Below are positions 47,501 to 59,685 of a DNA stretch of 64,000 nt, in pieces. Each line of letters opens with the position of its first letter. The first letter of the stretch is position 1. A model generated the notes under the pieces. The model was given only the letters and a program-made list of their open reading frames with translations, searched no databases and was not told the DNA's origin. The position numbers and the translations under genes are program-made. The stretch comes from Macrostomum hystrix (taxonomy: Eukaryota; Animalia; Platyhelminthes): positions 744,001-808,000 of the forward strand of contig CATNEN010000035.1 of assembly GCA_950097015.1 (NCBI GenBank), given 5' to 3'.

Positions 47501-48242
47501 ATCAATGGGACATAAAATATAGTAAAAACGCGCATAACAGCAAAAATGATTCGATGTAGACCGAAAATAATCGCAATATATTATCGAGGCCAACAGCAAT
47601 TTATTTTTGCGCTGTCGTATATTCGTAGTATATTATAAACGACAGTTCACACCTAACGTCAAAGAAAAATATTGCTCAAACTATGAACGAAATTCAGAAA
47701 TGAATCTGTGGAACATTAATGTGTTTGTCAACAAAAACGTGCTCAACGAATAGCGACTTTAAAACAGGGCAAAGAAGAGCGCTGCGAGTCACAACTCTGT
47801 AACAAATGAGAGGGCTACAGATTGATAATAGTTGAACATGGCTGGAATAATGATTACAGCTGGAATGAGCACAGTAAGAAAGTCATGCTTTCGATAAGAT
47901 ACAGAGACTGACGGCTAGTATAACGAGTATAAGCTGAGTATAATGAGACAGCAAGGTATCAAAGCATAAGACTATGACATATCGGACAGAAAATAGGTTC
48001 ATCAAGAAGTACAAGTTACAATGAGAGTTTTGCATTGCACCAGCAACGACCTTGATCGCTTAGGGATTAGGTTAAACAGTGGGGTTGACTTGCAGCTGAA
48101 TCAATTGCAGAAAAAAAGCAATTCGGTACTAACACACGTAACATGGGTATCAGTATATACTCAAAGATTTCAGCCATATAGAAGTGACGTTTGAGTAATT
48201 GCAAATTTACTGCTTTAAGCAAAAAATACAATCAAATTTGAC

Positions 48243-48600
48243 ATCTCTCAGACAGGCATATGACTGACAACCCACAGATCTCTCAGACAGGCATATGAAT
48301 GACAACCCACAGATCTCTCAGACAGGCATATGAATGACAACCCACAGATCTCTCAGACAGGCATATGACTGACAACCCACAGATCTCTCAGACAGGCATA
48401 TGACTGACAACCCACAGATCTCTCAGACAGGCATATGACTGACAACCCACAGATCTCTCAGACAGGCATATGAATGACAACCCACAGATCTCTCAGACAG
48501 GCATATGAATGACAACCCACAGATCTCTCAGACAGGCATATGAATGACAACCCACAGATCTCTCAGACAGGCATATGACTGACAACCCACAGATCTCTCA
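48243..48600. repeat. 35-bp minisatellite (ATCTCTCAGACAGGCATATGACTGACAACCCACAG), about 10 copies, just 3' of the M-Ras stop
   Basis: Period seen at 48243 and 48278. Confidence 0.96.
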
Positions 48601-48651
48601 AAGCCGAATGTAAAGGTGTTTGGCTTGCCGACAGTTCCCAATCAGGAAGGG

Positions 48652-51059
48652 TTACATAATCTCACACTTGACTCTATTCTGTTTGCCGCGCTTCTTGTCC
48701 TTCTTGGCTTGCTCCCTTGGCTGGCTGCAGATGTTGCGCACAACGGAGTTGAAGGCCTCGTCTACGTTGAACGGCGGATCTTTGGCGCTGGTCTCGATGT
48801 ACTGGATCTGAGGAGCAACGAGAAATTTAGCGACAATAGTTTAGACATTTTTAGTTAGATTTTTCTTAATACCTAATTTCTTGCGACTTGAATGACTACT
48901 GAAAGTAGAGCAGATAGCTGAATTCTCCCGCTTAGTAAAAATATAACGTATCAATTACATAAAATTGCAACATGAAAGTTATAATCAGCTACCAGAAGAT
49001 GTTTTGCGATAATAACCCAGACAACAGCCAGGCACACTAATTGATAAAGGGACGTTGTCTTCCTCGAGTTCAAAAACACGAATAAAAGAAATGGAGCAGT
49101 TAAGAACTCGGCCTAATGCCACTCCACAGCAATCTACGAGCTCGTAATATCCATTTTGCATAGAATTTCCTAATGGACTGGTGATAAAACAGAAATCAAC
49201 GAGATAAGTAGAGTTACAAAATCTATGGATTAGCTGCAAATAGGCGGGTAGCAAATAGGCCGGCTATAGAGCAGTTGGATTAGCTCGGACTTCTCAACCA
49301 AATTAAGAAAGTAGAGGCGGCCCGCTTTAGTCGCTATCTTAATACTATGAAAGGAAAATAGGCTTGATAGCCTTAATGTCTATAGTCGATACTGCAAAAG
49401 GACACGAACAGAGCAGAACTTCATAGAGACATGGCTGTCGGCCCAGGGGCCCTGGAGAGACTTATTCTATGAACTGTACTTAATCAAGTAGGAAATCTAT
49501 TTTTAGAAACAGTTTAAACTGCCAGAGTAGAGATTGCGTATCCAGGGTAAACAGACTGGCTGACGCACGTTCGGTTCTCAGGACTGCGCTCGCTCATTTT
49601 TACAACATTTGTATGTGATTCTCTCTGCTAATGCGTATAAGAGAACTCCTTTTCCCAGGGACATGGCGACATAGGCGCCATCGGTGGACAGAAATAGAAC
49701 GCATGTAGTCACCATCCCTCACCCCCGGCATGCTTCACTAGAGTCACGTGAAGCTAGAGAGTGCACATTACGATTGCAAGCAAGGCCACCTCGCAGTCTG
49801 CCCTGTCCCGGTCGAAGCTGGTCACTGGCCAGTTTGTCTCTCTGTCTGTATGTCCGTCTGTCTGCCTACCCGCTCTGTTATTTCTTTCTTAATTGAGAAG
49901 TCGCACTCTGAACTCTGGTGTAACGTAGATCGAAGGCTTGACGCATTGGCCTCGTGCGTCAGTCCGCATCCGTGTGTGATTAGTTTAATTAGTTTAAAAT
50001 AGCCTAATTGGGACACAAACAGTTCATATGTAAATCAGTGCCTGTCAGGGCGGCGAGGTGCTTATCAATATACACAAACAGCGCTTGCACAGCCGATTCG
50101 TATATAAATTAGTTTTGGGTCCGATAACCCAAATTAGAAGGCCGACCCGTAAGCACCGGACGTAAAGCATATCAACCTGTCATGAACTCGCACAGATCTC
50201 ACTTTATCAACTGACCAAGTCAGCATTTCAAAGCATCCGCATAAAACAAGGCATACAAAATCGCATGATTTTAACCTGAGGCCATTCACCTTGAGCTGGT
50301 TAGCCAGGCTCTTTCCCTCCTCTTCGAAAACCCTCCGCATGTGCACCAGGTCGACTTTGTTGGCCACAAGCACCATGGGATAACTGTCACGATCTTTAAC
50401 CCGCAGAATCTGCGTATGAAAATGTCGAATGTCTTCGAAGCTTTTGCGGTCGGTGACAGAGTACACTAGCAGGAAGCCGTCGCCTTTTCTCATGTACTGC
50501 TCGCGCATCGCCGAGAACTCCTCTTGACCTGCGGAATAAGAGCGGCGAAGAGCTTGTATGACCACTGCGGGGATTTGGGTATCTGGGAATGTGGGTGGCC
50601 GCATCTGGGGATCTTGGAATGTGGGTGGCCGCATCTGAGGATCTGGGAATGTGGGTGGCCGCATCTGGGGATCTTGGAATGTGGGTGGCCACATCTGAGG
50701 ATCTGGGAATGTGGGTGGCTGCATCTGATGATCTGCGAATGTAGTTGGCTGCATCTGGGGTTTTGGGAATGTGTGTTGCCACATCTAGGGATCTGGGAAT
50801 GAATCTTAGAACAAACTAACAGATAGATTAGAAATAATAATTACTGACCTGCTGTATCTAGGACATCCAGTAGACACCAATCATTGTCAATCATCTTGTA
50901 CTGAATATATGAGTCTTCTATTGTTGGATCATAGTCTTGCACAAACATCTTTTGAAAGAACTGGATAGTTAGTGCACTCTTACCAACTCCACCATTGCCA
51001 ACAACCACTAGCTTAAATGTGTTAGCTGCATCATCGCCATTTGGCGGGTGAACTACCAT
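48652..51059 (-). CDS. MRAS: Ras-related protein M-Ras (Ras3); exons 51059-50849, 50528-50290, 48807-48652 (201 aa)
   Basis: [77 protein letters not shown] (M-Ras signature) and CaaX CEIM; in-frame GT-AG joins. Confidence 0.92.
50570..50802. repeat. 30-bp minisatellite (GGATCTGGGAATGTGGGTGGCCGCATCTGG) filling M-Ras intron 1
   Basis: About 8 tandem copies. Confidence 0.93.
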
Positions 51060-54000
51060 TCTAGACTGGAAATGAGTAGTAGGAGCAAAGAAGCTTTAAG
51101 TAAATGCTGTAGAAAATAGCAAAGGTGTAACTACCTACTAAATCAGTTATTTGGACTATTTTTCATATCAGACACATGCTAATTTATATTTATATCATTT
51201 ATTTAGTCATTTTTTCTTTAGCTTCATTCCCAGTTTTCTATTTTGCCCCAAGGAAAAATATAACACTAGTTTTTTGTTAAAATTGCTAGCCTATTTAAAG
51301 ATAAGAAGATAGAAAAGCAAATCTTTTTGCCGCATTTCAAAATTTCCAAAAATGTGTAGAAAACTTTGTCTAGATCATTTTAATGACCTAGAAGCAAATG
51401 ACAAAATGCTAAGAAAAAAATATGTTGGATTTTAGTAACATTTTTATCAATGTTGAAATGACTTATGTTTCATAATCACATAGTAAATACTTTGAAAACT
51501 ATGTCTATACTACTCATAAAATAATTGACTAAAAAAGCAATGAGAAAGCTAGAGTAAACAAATTATTCAATAACTTAATATTGCTTTAATAATTTAAATA
51601 ATCAAATATTAGAAATAAAAAATAGTTGCAATAGCCATGCAAACAATTGATTTTTAAAAGCAATATTTATGTGAATAACATATTGTCATAGGAAATTATT
51701 AAACCACTAGACCCTGCTCTTTAAAAAATAGCTTTTGGTAATTCATTATTAAAAATATATATTATTGCACAGCAGACAGACAGCATATACATACAACAGA
51801 TTTGGAAATTATATATTAATTAGACTTATTATAAATTTGGAAATTGTGTTGAAGTACTCCCAAATAAGCTAAACAAACAATGCCAACAGATCAAGAATAA
51901 TATATTGTACTTCTTGTAATTGTACTAAAATATTATACTGAACTACTTAGTACTAAACTAAGTAGTTCAGAAACTAGAAGTACTACTCTTTGCAAATACT
52001 TTCAAGAGATCCCACCTCACCGCGCTACAAGACATGAAGGTGTGCCAGCTGACCCTGGATTTAAAAGTCAAATATGCGCCATTTATAATCAAACACGTGA
52101 TAAAGCAAAAGTTTTTTTTATTATTTTAAGTTATTATCCACAAATGCAAATGTTACGTACTAATTCTTGTTTCTAAAAAATAATCCAACTGAATTGTTTT
52201 TTGCTGTAAATATTTTAAGCGCTGTTTATAATTTGATTTGTTTTCAAGCCGTTTGAATTTCTTAAAAGAGATATTCTCTAATTTAGCCTTCTGATTTCCT
52301 ATCCAGAATGCATTTTAGATGCTACTTTTTATCTTTTAAAGTTTATTAGACCCTTTGCTTTGCCGATTTCCTCGTTCTTTTGTATATTTTACATATAACT
52401 CTCTCAATCATACAAGCCAAATATTATACTAAATATATGAGTGAAGGAATGAAGCAATATTTTTATTGTTTTAGTAACATTATTCAATATTTACCTAAAT
52501 TGCATCAATCGAGATTGTTTAAACTTTTTCAGGCTAAATACACAAAAAATGACCGTGACAAAGATCACAAATCACGGATCAATGGTCCGTAACTGACCTG
52601 CAGCACTGTCTGTAACTGGTGGAGTTTGGTGCATGACAACAAAGTCTGCGATGCTGATTGGAATATAAATATAAAATTAGCAAGTGCAGGACTACAGAGT
52701 ACGATTGATACTATCGATCTAATTAAGAATCAATGGTCGCTATGAAATCGTGGATGATCTGCAGTTCTGAGAGAGCCTGAATGAAAGCTCACACAAAAAC
52801 TAGCATCTAATTTATTCAAGGCCTCCTAAACATATCGTGCACCCGTGCTGAAGTCGGAACATAAACATTACATTAGTCAGCAATACTATCGTAAAAAGTG
52901 GGGAAATAGGCTAGACAAACCTACTTAAGTTATTAAGAGGTTTTTACTATAAATATTTTCTAACACCGCGGGGGTCGGTGTCCGACCATTCAGTCAATAA
53001 GTAGCAGCGGCTGAAATAAAATGTTACAGCAGTGAACTTGATGTAGGCGAGATCCGATGGCGCGCTGTTCCACGGAATTCCCAATAGAAAAATAACAGAG
53101 ACAGATTGAATCCCAATTCAGGTGATTAAATTTGAGTTGATTAATTCTTTTGCTCGATTGATTAACTTTAAGTCTCTCACTTTAAAACCGCCTTAACAAT
53201 GTAAATTTATGCTCTTCGATGATTTACACGATATGGAATATGAATAAGCTTGACAAATTGAACATAGTAAAATAAATATGCGTGCGCACAAGTAAGATGA
53301 GAGGTTATGAGGATAGAGAAGGTAGATGACCATATAAAAAATAGTATAAATATTATTCCTGAGCTTGCCTAATTCCGCGCCTACTCTGAAACTGAGGCCA
53401 CCAATGGTCTGCGGTTTCTGCGAAGGTCCGACAAATCCTATCGGTACCTCTCTTTTGCCACGGTGAGATCGGTGAGATCCTCGGGCTCGAGGTCGCGTAC
53501 TCAACAGAACCACCAGTGCCTATCTAGACCGCGCACGCCGACAACAATCCCTCTAGGCGACCAGCACTGATTGAACGTTTCGTCAGCGAGACTATAACTG
53601 CGGTCGGGAGGGGAATCAGGAGAAGGAATCGGGCTGATCACACGTTTACAAATGCACGGCTTCGCACACATGGCGGCATTGCTCTATACTTACCGATGAA
53701 ATGAGAGCGGAGTAGATTCGGTGAAACAGAAGGATGGAAGGGTGAGTGACAGGCGTTTTTTAGTCACAACAATACATAAGATCAAGCGGCCCGGCCGGGG
53801 TCATTGTCCGGCCGTTCGGGGCAGAAACAAAAGTTTAGAATTTTAGAACTAGTTGCGGGGTGGGTGAGCCAGTGATTTTCAAGGTGAATGGGTTCAAGGT
53901 GAACCCATCCTTGATAAGATTGAGTACCAACTGCACACACTAAAAACGACCTTTTTTTCAAATTCTCACTGTGGCCATTTCAGAACGCTTTTCAGAAATG

Positions 54001-54633
54001 CGGTTTTCGCTAAAAGGTGTCAAACACCTAGGCCTTTTAGGACAAGTATGTTTCGTTGTCAAGGACGCGCAGTTTGGTTGCTATGCCAACGAAAAACGTT
54101 TTTTCGAGTTGCTCGGAAATTTTGATATTGAAAAATAATGATAGAGTACATGGTTTCGCCTAATGCTCCACATCAACGTATGCGGAAATTTATAAGCTAC
54201 AATGGTGTAATAATGATTTTTAGTAAATTTGCACTTTTGTGCATCAAAAAGTAAAACAAACTGCCTTCTAAGGCTTAGTGTCCCATGTTTCTACAATCAT
54301 CTGGATGTTGCCTAAATTACTGTTGGTTTCAGTTTGTTTTTAGTGCACTGTCACGCTTTTTTGGCTTCATAGTTCAAAAACGTGTTTTTGGTCCTTTGCA
54401 GAACACACGCGGGTATGAAATGGCTGAAGCGATTCATAATTAAATATTATATTGCGTATTAATAAGGACGATCTTCCATATAAATTAAGTAAATCCAATT
54501 TCAATCTGCCTAATCAAATATATAGGCTGCACAATCAAACTGCATAGGAAAATCATCGCTATCGATCGACTACCCCTTGGTCCTAGCTAGCTCACCCATC
54601 CCGCCATTCAGAGCACATGTCTGCAATTATATC

Positions 54634-56165
54634 TTTTGTCAGGCTATCTCAGCGAATGGGCATTCAAACTCAGCCAGCCCCATCTTGTCACTGCGGTTTT
54701 TTTACTGAAGCTGCTAATTTTTACCATAGACATGCATTTTAAGACCATGCTATCTCAGCTTGGGACGAGCAATCTCAGATAGAAGACGCTTGATCTCCGC
54801 GTGGACGGAAGGACAGGATATTGGTCTAGCCGCTACAATTCTTGGCATCAAATTGAAAACCGCTCGCCACATCATTGCCACTTTTGAAGCTACAGGTCGG
54901 ATTGATGCTCTTCAGCGTGGAGGCCGGAAGATTGGCTTGCAAGCTGGACGACGAGATGCGCCAAGTGCTCATCGGTGTAACACACTAAAAGTGGGGAACG
55001 AACCTCGCGCTGGCAGACCGAGACCGGTTTCTGGCTTGTTTGCCTTCGTCAGTCAGCCATAGCCACATGCAGTCCTCTCCCACCACTCTTAGTGTGCACA
55101 GAAGTCTCTTTTAAGCTTGCCATTTTATGGCGATATTTTTTAGTGTTATGTGAGAGTTTTGCAGCCAAGTCTTTGCTTTTCTACTTTTCTCAGTAGTCTG
55201 AATTGTATCTCTCACAATCGGCCTCTTAAATGAAAATCCGATGGCGACACTGAAAGCATTGCAGACTAATCTCGCTGCTCAGCTTCCAGACAAGCCACCG
55301 GTCTCCATTAAGACAATAGCCAGAGCTCTGGATGGAGCCCTGTATACATTTAAGATTGCCACTAAGAACTGCGACTTTCGATTGAGCGCGAACTCTCCCG
55401 CGGTGATAGAGAAGCGACGCGAGTATGCGCTACTCATGGCGGGACTGCAACTGGATACGGTGGTAATCTATATAGACGAGACGGGGTACAACCTCTGGAC
55501 GCGCAGATGACAGGGAAGGTCGCGACGGGGTCAGCCAGTGAGACGTCGTTGCCCAACACAGAGGGGTCCAAATCTTTCCATCTGTCTGGCCGTGTCATCT
55601 GCACTTGGGTTGGTGAAGAGTGAGTTTTTCAGAGGAGCCAGACAAAGGAGAGGTTTCAACAATTCATCAATGACCTCGTGGAGCAAGTCATCCCGGAAAT
55701 CGGCAACGCGAGAGTCGTCATAGTCTGCGATGGTCCAAGCTTTCATCGCGGTGTGACAGTGCCGGAGCAGCACCGCCATCAGTTTGAAATTCAGCTGCTG
55801 CCCGCTTACTCGCCGTTTCTCAACCCGTGTGAGATGGCTCATAGTGCAGTGAAGGCTTCGATCAAGCTGCAGCTCGCTGACCCCGCACTGGTGGAGGAAG
55901 AAGCTGGTGGCCGACCTGATGGAGTCACCTGTTTTCTGTTACCCTGTTTTTCTCTTGTAAATAGACTGTTTAAAAATGTTAACAAAACTTTAGACAGAAT
56001 AACATAGAACTTATATGTTGGCTGAGATTGCTCGTCCCAAGCTGAGATAGCATGGTCTTAAAATGCATGTCTATGGTAAAAATTAGCTGCTTCAGTAAAA
56101 AAACCGCAGTGACAAGATGGGCTGGCTGAGTTTGAATGCCCATAGGCTGAGATAGCCTGACAAAA
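54634..56165 (+). mobile_element. Degenerate IS630/Tc1-like transposon with ~145-bp inverted termini
   Basis: Inverted repeats 54634-54778 and 56022-56165. Transposase remnants IYIDETGYNLW, VIVCDGPSFH and LLPAYSPFLNPCE (33 residues between D and E here); in-frame TGA at 55508-55510 and frameshifts. Exact outer ends and TSD not resolved. Confidence 0.85.
54976..55216. mobile_element. 241-bp solo LTR inserted in the IS630-like transposase
   Basis: TGTAACA...CTCACA termini with 5-bp TSD ATCGG (54971-54975, 55217-55221); removing it restores QVLIG|LLNENPMATLK in frame. Confidence 0.8.
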
Positions 56166-56751
56166 TTGCTATACTACGCTCGTAGTTTAGAACTTATAGA
56201 GTCTAATAAAAAGTTTAGAACTTTGGCTATATTATTTATTATAGCTAATTACAGTAAAATCAAGAATCAAGAAGTTTTGCAGATCAATAAGAAATAGTGC
56301 GGCAAAAGATTTTTATGCTTCTTGACAACTTCTTTTATACCGGAATAGAGAACTGACGCGAATTCTGGACCTCTGTTTCACATCACACAGTGCAGCTGAG
56401 GGAATTCCGAAGCACCCGCGTTGTCGTGAAAGTATAATGCACAAATAATTTGCAGCGACCTATTAGACAAAATAGTAAGTCCTAGAAGAAATACTAGAAG
56501 TAACCACAGAAAAAACAAAGATAGACGCAAACGATTAAAAATATTTTACGAATCGGAAAGTAAATTTTGCTTATAAAATTGCAAGCGCGAATAGCTATTG
56601 TTGTAAGCACGAGCTAATCGCTAAACCCCAAAACGGAGCTTCAAAAGACACGCACCTCGATATTACTGTGCATATACGAGCGCAAATGTTAGAGTATCAA
56701 TTTTATCAAAGATTCGCATAGCTTCTTCGTCCACTGCATCAATCCAAAAGC

Positions 56752-57921
56752 TCAGGTGAAGTCAATACCAAAGATCATCTTGTCCTTACGAATGCTGCCA
56801 ATATCTGCCTGAGAATCAAAGTGCAGTCTCTGATTCTCGAAGCCGTAGTGCAGAAAGCCGTGGTGCGTGTAGGAGTTCTTTCCAATCACGCTGACATCAT
56901 TCTGCCAGCCGATCTTGTCCAGCATGGCGCAGGCCTCGCGGGCATTTTTGGCAAGACCGCCTGGTTGGCTGCACTTTCCGCGAAAGTTCGGAATCCGAAT
57001 CGGGTCAATCTGCGGCATGAACATGTACGGATCCGCAACCGAGCAGCGACAGCTCGCCTCTGAGAGGCTGCATGGCGGCGACTTGACAAACTCGTTGTAG
57101 ACATTCTGCAGGAAGAACGGCCCAGTAGACTCCATCACGTTTGGCGAGTGATGCGCGTATCTTGGCAACGCGTTGACAACAAACTCCATGAAGCGGTGGC
57201 CGGGCGAGCTGAGCATGATGGCGTTCATCACACTGCTGTCGATGCCCCAGTAGAGTCTGGTTATCTCGTAGCGCTCCTGGCTGAGGTAACACAGCTCCGC
57301 GGTACTGTTAAGTATTGGTGTGAGGTCCTTCAGTCGCAGCATGTCCATATCGGCATAGACACCTCCATAGTGATGCAGCAGCATGTAGCGAATGGCGTCA
57401 GCACGGTTCAGGTGCACCTTGTAGCCCTTAAACATGGCCAGCAGGTGCGGATAGTGCTTGGCAACGAATTCCACCGACTTGGCATCCGTCCAATAGTAGT
57501 AGCTTAATGGCGGGCTGTGGCTGATCCAGCTCTTTACAAATGGCACGTACGTAGAAGGGATTGTATTGCTGATCCAAGTCTGATGCAGAATATACGGTAT
57601 GCGGGCGGTGTCCAATTTCGAGCTCGATTCGGGCAAGACTCTCGCCGATTTTGTTGGCACGGGCCTGGAAATCAGTTTGGTTGAACCACCTTTAGTTAAA
57701 GCCGGCCTCACTTGAATTCCAGCAGACGCAGATGTGGTTACTTCAACAGCGCTGAGACGGGAGAAAGTCCTCAGAACAATTTTTGCCACCGCGTGAGCCA
57801 TGACCGAGTCGATGCCGGCTTCTGTCTCGCTGGGGCGATGCAAGATGCCGAATAGCCACGCGAAGCACAGCAGTGTGAGTATGAGGACCAGCAGTAGCAG
57901 TCTGGACAGTCTGAGTCGCAT
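56752..57921 (-). CDS. Intronless DXD glycosyltransferase, GT32 / SUR1-OCH1-like, type II membrane protein (389 aa)
   Basis: N-terminal TM anchor; RIPYILHQTW, YYYWTD, RADAIRYMLLHHYGGVYADMD, NAIMLSSPGHRF, STGPFFL. Confidence 0.88.
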   Translation of the reverse strand: MRLRLSRLLLLVLILTLLCFAWLFGILHRPSETEAGIDSVMAHAVAKIVLRTFSRLSAVEVTTSASAGIQVRPALTKGGSTKLISRPVPTKSARVLPESSSKLDTARIPYILHQTWISNTIPSTYVPFVKSWISHSPPLSYYYWTDAKSVEFVAKHYPHLLAMFKGYKVHLNRADAIRYMLLHHYGGVYADMDMLRLKDLTPILNSTAELCYLSQERYEITRLYWGIDSSVMNAIMLSSPGHRFMEFVVNALPRYAHHSPNVMESTGPFFLQNVYNEFVKSPPCSLSEASCRCSVADPYMFMPQIDPIRIPNFRGKCSQPGGLAKNAREACAMLDKIGWQNDVSVIGKNSYTHHGFLHYGFENQRLHFDSQADIGSIRKDKMIFGIDFT

Positions 57922-58122
57922 GCTTGATCCTGCTTTTGCATATAGGTGTCTTGCACAGATTTATAAATAAGCAGAGCAAGATTCGTACTTAGATGAAAAT
58001 CGCCAGGGCTCCAGATTGTCAGTAGTGACTGATTGAGTACCTGCATGAAAATTGTGCTAAAATATTTTACATAAAAAATATCACATTGACGAATGATATA
58101 GCCGTTTATCACTGGCATTGTA

Positions 58123-58630
58123 TACTTTTGGACCACAGACAGTTGGGGCGTGCAACAATCAGTCTCACGGAGCGGATATAGCCAGCGGTCTCGCGGGGCG
58201 TGCAGCAATCGATTATTTTGTCGATTGGTGCACGCCCGAAATGTCTATGGTCCAAAAGTAGACCGCCTGACTTAGGGCGTGAAATATAACTGTGGCTTCA
58301 GACCCCGCATAGTGTGGGCGAAATAATCCGAGCTGGCGGGGTTCGGGACATAGACAGTAAAGGCGTGCAACAATCAGGCTTCATTGGTGGCTGGGAAAAA
58401 ACCCCTCCAAAAGTGTACAATGGTTTGGACACTCGGCATAATAGATAATCTATGTAAGAATATATACCGCCTATTGGGGGTATCAATTGGGGGGTCATAG
58501 ACATTGATGCCCGAAATAGCCGGTATATATTTTCATTGAGCAACGCTGGGATTCCCAGCGGTTCTGTTTGCACCATAGACATTCCACCGGTATTTAATGG
58601 CGGGAATCCCAGCGTTGCTCAATGAAAATA
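58123..58630. repeat. Cluster of three adjacent short inverted-repeat (MITE-like) units
   Basis: 18-bp arms 58123-58140/58243-58260 (1 mismatch); 16-bp arms 58460-58475/58515-58530 (1 mismatch); perfect 29-bp arms 58528-58556/58602-58630. Confidence 0.8.
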
Positions 58631-59685
58631 CACACTTAAAGTTTGAAATACAAGAATCCCAAGGGAATTCCCCATAGACATAGTTTAACGATGTTCATTA
58701 AAACCCTTGCTCAGCGTTGTTCAATGGCCAGGCCAATCAAATACGAATCATACGATGGCCAATGGACCGAGCCGAGTGGCATTTAGATAATCCTTACTTG
58801 AAATGGTTTCAGAAAATTGTTTTAGACAGACAGTCCCTTAGTCCCTTAGTAAGTAACCACAATTTTAGACATAAGCCTCACTTCTAGACCATGAAACAAA
58901 TTTAAATCAAGTTAGCTATCTTATGTTTCATAAGTAACATATTTTTATAAAAAATAACACTGTATCTTACACTTGACAACAGACTCAACAATAGTAGAAA
59001 CCAGAGGAGAATTGCTTTTAGACAAAAAATCTAAAGACTACTCACTTGATAAAATTGTCGTGCCTTGAGAGTTGGCTCAATAAGTCCATCATGAGTAGAT
59101 TGGTCCGTTAGGTCTATTAACAAGATTTTGCATTATTCCATTTGCCACTGGTCTTTGCAAGCTAAATCCTCTACCAGACTTGGCTGCAGATTTCTGCGAC
59201 AGGGAATACTGCAGTTAGCGGCCAATTTCTGCAGATGGTCGGCCGGCCCTCTTTCGCCTGTTAAACCCACTATGTGCCCTTTGTCTACCCCCTATACATT
59301 CCGTCCCTCTGAAGGGTATAGAAAATTGCCTTCCCCGCGCTGCCAATGTACACACATGCTGGCCTCCCCATTAGTGGATGAAATGTACAGTAACGATTTT
59401 TTTCTCTCTGACACACGGGAGAGAGAGACGGGACAGAGAGACACGTCAGTGGAAAGAAACACAACTAAGTGTGCTAGTGTTGACGTGTGATTTTTAAGCG
59501 GCCGCAGCTGTACAGTTTAATAATTTCTGTTTGGTAAGCGCTGAATTTCTCTCCCTCCCCTCTCCTTCTCTCTGTCTCACATTCCTGCTCAAAATCATGG
59601 CCGTCAAGTTAGGAGCCTCAAAACACCCAGACTTGAGTTGAGACTTAGCGACGCATGTACCCACAGCAACAGCCTCACTTGAGTG

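Noticed and set aside
46339-47535. 398-aa and 369-aa repetitive ORFs on opposite strands
   Set aside because: They are a by-product of a stop-free 45-bp unit (multiple of 3); no unique domain or supporting gene structure.
53022-53829. Solo LTR (TGTT...AACA termini)
   Set aside because: No matching TSD (TAAAA vs AAAGT) and no second copy in the window; could equally be a 5'-UTR or promoter region.
54077-54090. X-box-like GTTGCTATGCCAAC
   Set aside because: Lies in repeat-like sequence away from a supported TSS.
55500-55515. In-frame TGA as selenocysteine or readthrough
   Set aside because: The surrounding transposase has frameshifts and an LTR insertion; simple decay explains it.
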